Assembly (NCBI GenBank): GCA_965201155.1
Contig: OZ241752.1
Span: forward strand, 2,127,047-2,191,046
Length of the DNA stretch: 64,000 bases
Reading direction: 5' to 3'
Source: Alphaproteobacteria bacterium
Lineage (GTDB): Bacteria > Pseudomonadota > Alphaproteobacteria > UBA7887
Every line of letters begins with the position of its first letter. The first letter of the stretch is position 1. The notes below the pieces were generated by a model that made no database searches, was not told the DNA's origin, and worked only from the letters and a program-made list of their open reading frames with translations. Position numbers and translations under genes: made by a program. This document shows, in pieces, positions 58,641 through 64,000 of the stretch.

Positions 58641-58808
58641 TCGGGGCCTCCCTGTGCGCGACATTGGCAAGCCCCGCCCTGCGCTGTCAACTGCGCCCCG
58701 ACGGATTATCCCGAAGGCGGCGTCTGTGCCATACTCACGGGCGTGGCGGGGCCTTGACGGGCGAGTCCGTAGGACTACTTCCCCTGAAGGCGGCCCGCGC
58801 CGGGAGCA

Positions 58809-59471
58809 ATGCGCATGAAGTTCTTTGTCGACACCGCGAACCTTGACGAAATCCGTGATCTGGCGGCGACCGGGCTGCTCGACGGTGTAACCACCAACCC
58901 GTCGCTGGTTGCCCGCACCGGGCAGCCGTTCCGCGAGGTCATTGCCGGAATCTGCGCCGTCGTGCCAGGGCCGGTGAGCGCGGAGGTAACCGCCACCGAC
59001 GCCGAAGGCATGGTTGCCGAGGGGCGCCGGCTTGCCGGGATCGCCAGTAATGTTGCGGTCAAGGTACCCCTGACATGGGACGGGCTGAAAGCCTGTCGTC
59101 AATTGCGCGATGCGGGAATCCTGGTCAATGTCACCCTGTGTTTCGCGCCGGCGCAGGCCTTGTTGGCAGCCAAGGCGGGCGCCAGTTTCATTTCTCCCTT
59201 CATCGGTCGCCTTGATGATCTGGCGCAGGACGGCATGCAGCTCATTGCCGATATCTGCACGATCTACCGCAACTATCCGCAGTTCGACACGGAAGTGCTG
59301 GTGGCTTCGATACGCAGCCCGCGTCACGTGGTTGAAGCAGCGAAGCTGGGCGCCCATGTCGCCACCCTGCCTCCCGCGGTCCTGCGCAGCCTGGCGCAGC
59401 ATCCGCTCACCGACAAGGGCCTTGCCGCGTTTCTTGCCGACTGGCGCAAGACGGGGCAAAGCATTCGATAA
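58809..59471 (+). CDS. tal: Short-type transaldolase / fructose-6-phosphate aldolase family (TalC/Fsa-like)
   Basis: About 218 aa (the likely start is [14 protein letters not shown] at 58815). Schiff-base Lys context (NVAVKVPLT) and the TNPS motif. Confidence 0.8.
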   Translation: MRMKFFVDTANLDEIRDLAATGLLDGVTTNPSLVARTGQPFREVIAGICAVVPGPVSAEVTATDAEGMVAEGRRLAGIASNVAVKVPLTWDGLKACRQLRDAGILVNVTLCFAPAQALLAAKAGASFISPFIGRLDDLAQDGMQLIADICTIYRNYPQFDTEVLVASIRSPRHVVEAAKLGAHVATLPPAVLRSLAQHPLTDKGLAAFLADWRKTGQSIR

Positions 59472-59491
59472 CCGATGACCCGGTTGCACCA

Positions 59492-60511
59492 GTGCCCGCG
59501 GCGGTGTTGACGGGGCCGCAGGCCGGCGCGGCGCCGGACCTCGCGCGCGCCATCGCCGACTGGCGCGACTGGCTGGCGGCGGAGCGCCGCGCCTCACCCC
59601 ATACGTGCGACGGCTATGCGCGCGACCTGAATGCCTTTGTCCACCATGTCGCGGAGCGCCGCGGCGGTCCGGTCAGTATTGCCGTGCTCGCCGGTCTCCG
59701 CGCGGCCGACTTCCGCGCCTGGCTCTCCCACCAGCGGCAGCGCGGTCTCGGCGCTGCCAGCACCGCGCGCGGCCTGTCCGTCATTCGCGGATTTTATCGC
59801 TGGCTCGACCGCCGGGGGATCGCCCACAATCCCGCCATCGGCGGTGTGCGCACGCCGAAACAGCCGCACCGCCTGCCGCGCCCGCTGGCCCGGGGCGACG
59901 CTGCGGCGCTGACCACCGAAATCGGCGATCTTTCTGACGAACCGTGGGTTGCGGCGCGTGACACGGCACTGCTGACACTGCTTTACGGGTGCGGGCTGCG
60001 CCTGGGCGAGGCTCTGGCGCTGAATTGCAGCGCCTTCGCCAACGCGCCCGAGTCGCTGCGAATCGTCGGCAAGGGCAACAAGGAGCGGCTGGCGCCCCTG
60101 TTGCCGGCGGTGACGCGCAGCATCGACGCCTGGCTCGCCGTGCATCCGGGCGGCGCTGCGGCGAACGCGCCCCTGTTTGTCGGCGTACGCGGCGGACGGC
60201 TCAGTCCCGGCGTTGCGCAGCGCCAGATGCGCCGCGCGCGGGCGCTGCTCGGCCTGCCGGAATCGGCAACGCCGCACGCGCTGCGCCACAGCTTTGCCAC
60301 GCACCTGCTGGCCGCCAGCAGCGACCTCCGTGCCGTGCAGGAACTGCTGGGCCATGCCAGCCTGCGGACCACCCAACGCTATACCGCCGTCGCCGATGCG
60401 GACCTTCTGGCCGCGTATGAGGCGGCGCATCCACGTGCCCGCTCACCGCGCCGCGCCGCGCCGCGCGCGCAGGATCGCAGCCAGCCCCTGGCGAAAACCG
60501 GGATACCGTAG
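59492..60511 (+). CDS. Site-specific tyrosine recombinase XerC/XerD family
   Basis: 339 aa. The catalytic motifs R...HxLRHSFATHLL...LGHASLRTTQRYT are present. XerC cannot be separated from XerD on this evidence. There are no flanking tRNA or repeats suggestive of an integrated element. Confidence 0.85.
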   Translation: MPAAVLTGPQAGAAPDLARAIADWRDWLAAERRASPHTCDGYARDLNAFVHHVAERRGGPVSIAVLAGLRAADFRAWLSHQRQRGLGAASTARGLSVIRGFYRWLDRRGIAHNPAIGGVRTPKQPHRLPRPLARGDAAALTTEIGDLSDEPWVAARDTALLTLLYGCGLRLGEALALNCSAFANAPESLRIVGKGNKERLAPLLPAVTRSIDAWLAVHPGGAAANAPLFVGVRGGRLSPGVAQRQMRRARALLGLPESATPHALRHSFATHLLAASSDLRAVQELLGHASLRTTQRYTAVADADLLAAYEAAHPRARSPRRAAPRAQDRSQPLAKTGIP

Positions 60512-61303
60512 CGGCGTTCCGAGGAGCCTGTGCATACGCGTGTTCGATACGCGGCGATTATCCGACCAGAACTCGCGCGCCATGGGCGTCATGTCCGCCG
60601 CCGCTTGCGCGAACGGAACCAATGGCGGCGGCTCCCGGTCCAGCAGGGCGCACGCATAGGCGACGAGGTCTGCCGCCGCGGCGGGTTCATCATCGCAGAC
60701 ATTGAGCACCAGACCTGATTCGGGCGCTGCCGCCGACACCGCCAGAACCGCCGCCGCGTCGGCCACATGGATGCGCGAGAATTTGTGGCCGGGCTTGTCG
60801 ATACGCTGCGCTGTGCCGGCCTCGATGCGGTCGAACACACTGCGTCCGGGGCCGTATATCCCCGCCAGGCGAAAGACATGAACCGGCTGCGGCACGGCTC
60901 GCCAGGCGGTTTCGGCAGCGGCGCGCGCCCGTCCGCGCCGACTGACCGGCGCGACGGGCGTCATCTCGTCCACCAGCGCGCCGCCGCGGTCGCCATACAC
61001 GCTGGTCGCGGAGAGATATCCGACCCACGCCAGACCGCGCTGCGCCGCCAGCGCCTGCCCCCATACCGCCAGCACCGGATCGTCGCCCCCTGTCGGCGGC
61101 ACCGAACTCAGCACATGGGTGACATCGCCCGGGATGCAGCTATCGGCAAAGGGAAGCGGATTGACCCCCGCAGCGGCGAGGGCGGCGCGCCCGTCATCGC
61201 GGCGAGAAGTTGCGCTGACGCGCCCGCCGGCGGCCAGCCACTGCGCCGCCCATGCGCGCGCCGTATAACCGAAACCGAAACAAAGCAGATGCTGCCCGTT
61301 CAT
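60443..61303 (-). CDS. NAD-dependent epimerase/dehydratase family protein (atypical SDR)
   Basis: About 286 aa from the internal Met (MNGQHLLCFGFGYTARAW). Glycine-rich N-terminus. Its 3' end overlaps the convergent xer gene by about 69 nt. Confidence 0.6.
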   Translation of the reverse strand: MNGQHLLCFGFGYTARAWAAQWLAAGGRVSATSRRDDGRAALAAAGVNPLPFADSCIPGDVTHVLSSVPPTGGDDPVLAVWGQALAAQRGLAWVGYLSATSVYGDRGGALVDEMTPVAPVSRRGRARAAAETAWRAVPQPVHVFRLAGIYGPGRSVFDRIEAGTAQRIDKPGHKFSRIHVADAAAVLAVSAAAPESGLVLNVCDDEPAAAADLVAYACALLDREPPPLVPFAQAAADMTPMAREFWSDNRRVSNTRMHRLLGTPLRYPGFRQGLAAILRARRGAAR

Positions 61304-61326
61304 GGTAGGTTTTCTCTCCCATGCGT

Positions 61327-62475
61327 TCATTCCGCCGCCGCGTTCCATTCTTCCCGGACTGCTGGATCGCCTTCCTGCGATGCGTGCCGGGCACGCAGGG
61401 CCGCGAACGACGCCGGGGCTTCCAGACGCGCCAATGCCCACACGGCGGCGGCGCGTACCAGAGGCGACGGATCATGCAGGCGCGCCCGAGCGCACCCGGC
61501 GAGTGCCGCGTCGCCGCTGTTTCCTGCTGCGATCAGCACATTGCGGACGAACCGGTCGCGCCCGATGCGCTTGACCGGCGAACCGGCAAACAAGCTGCGA
61601 AACTTCGCATCATCGAGTGCGGCCAGGGCAGCAAGGCGCGGGGCATTGAGTTTGTCCCGCGACGTCAGTGCCGGCTCCGCGGTCGGCGCCGCAAACTTGT
61701 TCCAGGGGCACACGGCGAGACAATCATCGCAGCCATAGATGCGGTTGCCCATGGCCGCGCGCAGCGCGCGCGGAATGTGTCCCTTGTGTTCGATGGTCAG
61801 ATAGGAAATACAGCGCCGCGCATCGAGCCGGTAAGGCGCCGGAAACGCATCGGTCGGGCAGGCATCCAGGCAGCGGCGGCAGCGCCCGCAATGATCGCCT
61901 TCTGCCGTGTCGTGCGCCAGTTCCAGGGTGGTCATCAGCGCTCCGAGAAACAGCCATGAGCCGTGCCGGCGCGAGACCAGATTTGTGTGCTTGCCCTGCC
62001 AGCCCAGTCCGGCGGCGGCGGCCAGCGGTTTCTCCAGCAATGGCGCGGTATCCACAAACACCTTGACGTTGCCGCCAAGCCGCGCCGCAACCCAGCCCGC
62101 AAGCTGTTTCAGCCGGCCCTTGAGCAGCCGGTGATAGTCGCGATTGCGCGCATGAACTGAAATGGCGCCGGCGGTGCGGTCGCCGAGAATGGCGAGCGGA
62201 TCGCCTGCCGGGCCGTAATTTGCCGCTACCATGACCAGGCTGCGGGCTTCCGGCCACAGCGCGTTGGGATGGCGCCGGCGCGCCAGCGTATCCGCCATCC
62301 AGCCCATGTCGCCATGCATGCCGGCGGCGATAAAGTCCGCCAGACGTTGTCCCGCCTCACCGCCGCCGTCCGGGCAGGTCATGCCGACGGCATCAAAACC
62401 CAGCGCCAGCGCGCGGCTGCGAATGCGGCGCGCCGCTTCCGCAGGCGGCGGGGGTTTACAGCGGGATGCCCTCAT
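61327..62475 (-). CDS. queG: tRNA epoxyqueuosine(34) reductase
   Basis: About 382 aa from the internal Met ([10 protein letters not shown]). Two 4Fe-4S ferredoxin motifs ([12 protein letters not shown] ... CDDCLAVCP) and a C-terminal HEAT-like repeat ([16 protein letters not shown]). Confidence 0.8.
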   Translation of the reverse strand: MRASRCKPPPPAEAARRIRSRALALGFDAVGMTCPDGGGEAGQRLADFIAAGMHGDMGWMADTLARRRHPNALWPEARSLVMVAANYGPAGDPLAILGDRTAGAISVHARNRDYHRLLKGRLKQLAGWVAARLGGNVKVFVDTAPLLEKPLAAAAGLGWQGKHTNLVSRRHGSWLFLGALMTTLELAHDTAEGDHCGRCRRCLDACPTDAFPAPYRLDARRCISYLTIEHKGHIPRALRAAMGNRIYGCDDCLAVCPWNKFAAPTAEPALTSRDKLNAPRLAALAALDDAKFRSLFAGSPVKRIGRDRFVRNVLIAAGNSGDAALAGCARARLHDPSPLVRAAAVWALARLEAPASFAALRARHASQEGDPAVREEWNAAAE

Positions 62476-62548
62476 GAGCGGCGCGTCCTTGTCATGCCGC
62501 AGGCGGAAATGCGCCGTAACGGCTCGCGTCATGCTATAGGGTGGGAGC

Positions 62549-63481
62549 ATGACTCTCATCGACCCCCATGAAGATATCATTCAGCCGTTTCGCGTCGATG
62601 CCCTTGACGGCCTCGGGCGGCTGGTGCGATTGGGCCCGGCGGTCCACGACATTCTGTCACGCCACGCCTATCCGCATGCGGTTTCCGTGCTGCTCGGCGA
62701 GGCTCTGGCCTTGACGGCGGCGCTGGCCGGCTCGCTCAAGTTCGAAGGCACCTTCACCACCCAGATGCAGGGCGACGGCCCGCTTCACCTGATGGTGGTC
62801 GATTACGGCACCGACGGTAGTTTGCGCGGCTATGCCGGGTTCGACCGTGCGCGGCTGGCCGAAGACGAGGCCCTTCCGCCGTCGGCGCCCGGCGATACCC
62901 GCCTCTTCGGCCGCGGACACATGGCGTTCACCATCGACCAGGGGCCGGAAACGGAACGCTATCAGGCGCTGGTGGCATTGGAAGGCGACTCGCTGGCGGC
63001 GAGCGCACATGGCTTCCTGGCGAGGTCCGAGCAACTGCGTTCCAGCGTCCATGCCGCGGCGGTGCACTGCCCGGGCGAAGATGGCGGCTCCGACCACTGG
63101 CGCGCCGGCAGCCTCATCATGCAGCAAATGCCGCGCAGCGACGGACGCACCGAGAGTGAGGATGACGCCCGCTCCGAGCGCTGGGCGGAAACCGAACGGC
63201 TGCTGACACGGCTGCGGCGCGCCGACCTTGCCGACCCGCTCGCTTTTCCGCGCGTGTTGATCGGGCCGCTGTTCGCCGGGCATGATGTGCGGCTGCACCC
63301 GGCGCGCGACCTCCATTTCGCCTGCCGCTGCACGGAGGCGCGCGCCGCCGCCGTCGTGAACGCCATTCCGCGCCGTGAACGCGCCGCGCTGGCCGATGAC
63401 GGGCGCATCGAAGTGCGGTGCGATTTCTGCAACACACCCTATGCGTTCGATCTGGACGGCGCTCCTATCGTCGAAACGTGA
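62549..63481 (+). CDS. hslO: Redox-regulated chaperone Hsp33
   Basis: 310 aa. C-terminal zinc centre CRCTE...CDFCN. Confidence 0.85.
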   Translation: MTLIDPHEDIIQPFRVDALDGLGRLVRLGPAVHDILSRHAYPHAVSVLLGEALALTAALAGSLKFEGTFTTQMQGDGPLHLMVVDYGTDGSLRGYAGFDRARLAEDEALPPSAPGDTRLFGRGHMAFTIDQGPETERYQALVALEGDSLAASAHGFLARSEQLRSSVHAAAVHCPGEDGGSDHWRAGSLIMQQMPRSDGRTESEDDARSERWAETERLLTRLRRADLADPLAFPRVLIGPLFAGHDVRLHPARDLHFACRCTEARAAAVVNAIPRRERAALADDGRIEVRCDFCNTPYAFDLDGAPIVET

Positions 63482-63527
63482 CGATGGAAACCGCGCCGCA
63501 CGATGCGAAATCCTGGCAGGGGAACAC

Positions 63528-64000
63528 CATGACAGGCACACCGAAACAGTACCGGAGGACGGACAGTCTGAAGCCTCTCACAGGCCTGTTGCTGGCAGCG
63601 ATGCTGGTGCTGGCGGCCTGCGATACGCCGCCGCAGCTCCATTATCCGGAGATTTCCTTTGCCGACCGCCCGCCGCTGCGCATCGCCGCTGCAAGCCTGG
63701 AAATCGTCGATGCCTATTCGCCACCGCTGGCGCCGCCGCATGTCGAACATCTGGCGCCGGCAGTGCCCAGCATCGTGTTCCGGCGCTGGGCCGAACGGCG
63801 CCTGATACCGGCCGGCGGGGGTGCGCATCTGCGTGTCACCATTGAGGATGCGCGGATCGTCGAAACGCCGCTGCCGGTCAACGAAACGCTGATGGACAAT
63901 CTGACAGTGGAACAGGCGGCTCGGCTCGACGGATATGGCGCCGTATCCGTGGCGTTGATCGGGACGGCGGGCGACGAACTGGCGCGTGTGCGCGGCGAAG
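63528..64000 (+). CDS. Hypothetical lipoprotein (partial, runs off the 3' end of the window)
   Basis: ATG at 63528. MTGTPKQYRRTDSLKPLTGLLLAAMLVLAAC has a lipobox. There is no stop within the window, so it is absent from the ORF track. Confidence 0.35.

Noticed and set aside
58641-59597. Remainder of the 391-aa minus-strand ORF upstream of the biotinyl domain
   Set aside because: It is antisense to the well-supported transaldolase gene and low-complexity. Only the terminal 72 codons carry a recognisable domain and have their own ATG.
59492-60511. Tyrosine recombinase as the integrase of a mobile island
   Set aside because: No adjacent tRNA gene, direct repeats, phage or transposase genes. 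The flanks are core metabolism genes (tal, epimerase, queG). The XerC/D-type catalytic motifs fit chromosome dimer resolution.

Overview
The window is a GC-rich (about 65-70% GC) chromosomal segment that looks alphaproteobacterial. The taxon is inferred from gene content and synteny, such as dnaG-rpoD, dnaB-alr...radA-cvpA-purF, rpoH, Tim44-mltA and phaB. Both strands are densely packed with housekeeping genes. Accessory or unusual modules are interspersed among them. The six-frame track also contains many long ORFs that run antisense to well-supported genes. These are the usual stop-codon-poor alternate frames of GC-rich DNA and I do not call them. The observations I find most worth following up are:
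- tldD followed 14 bp downstream by an orphan NosR/NirI-type FMN/Fe-S membrane protein, then an XRE-HTH/S24-peptidase (CI/LexA-like) repressor with a candidate operator.
- A Tat-Rieske protein immediately upstream of a PQQ dehydrogenase (methanol/ethanol family) that has no vicinal Cys-Cys pair.
- A two-subunit GMC dehydrogenase operon, behind an enolase-superfamily gene, carrying two lesions (an in-frame TAG and a frameshift).
- An NRAMP-family transporter whose DPGN and MPH metal-site motifs are replaced.
- A 180-bp AT-rich island in the dnaB/rpoH divergent intergenic region.
- A tightly overlapping four-gene nucleic-acid repair operon (thpR-udg-BON-alkA).
- Several translationally coupled gene pairs of unknown function.

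I found no CRISPR array, tRNA or rRNA gene, transposase or obvious prophage.
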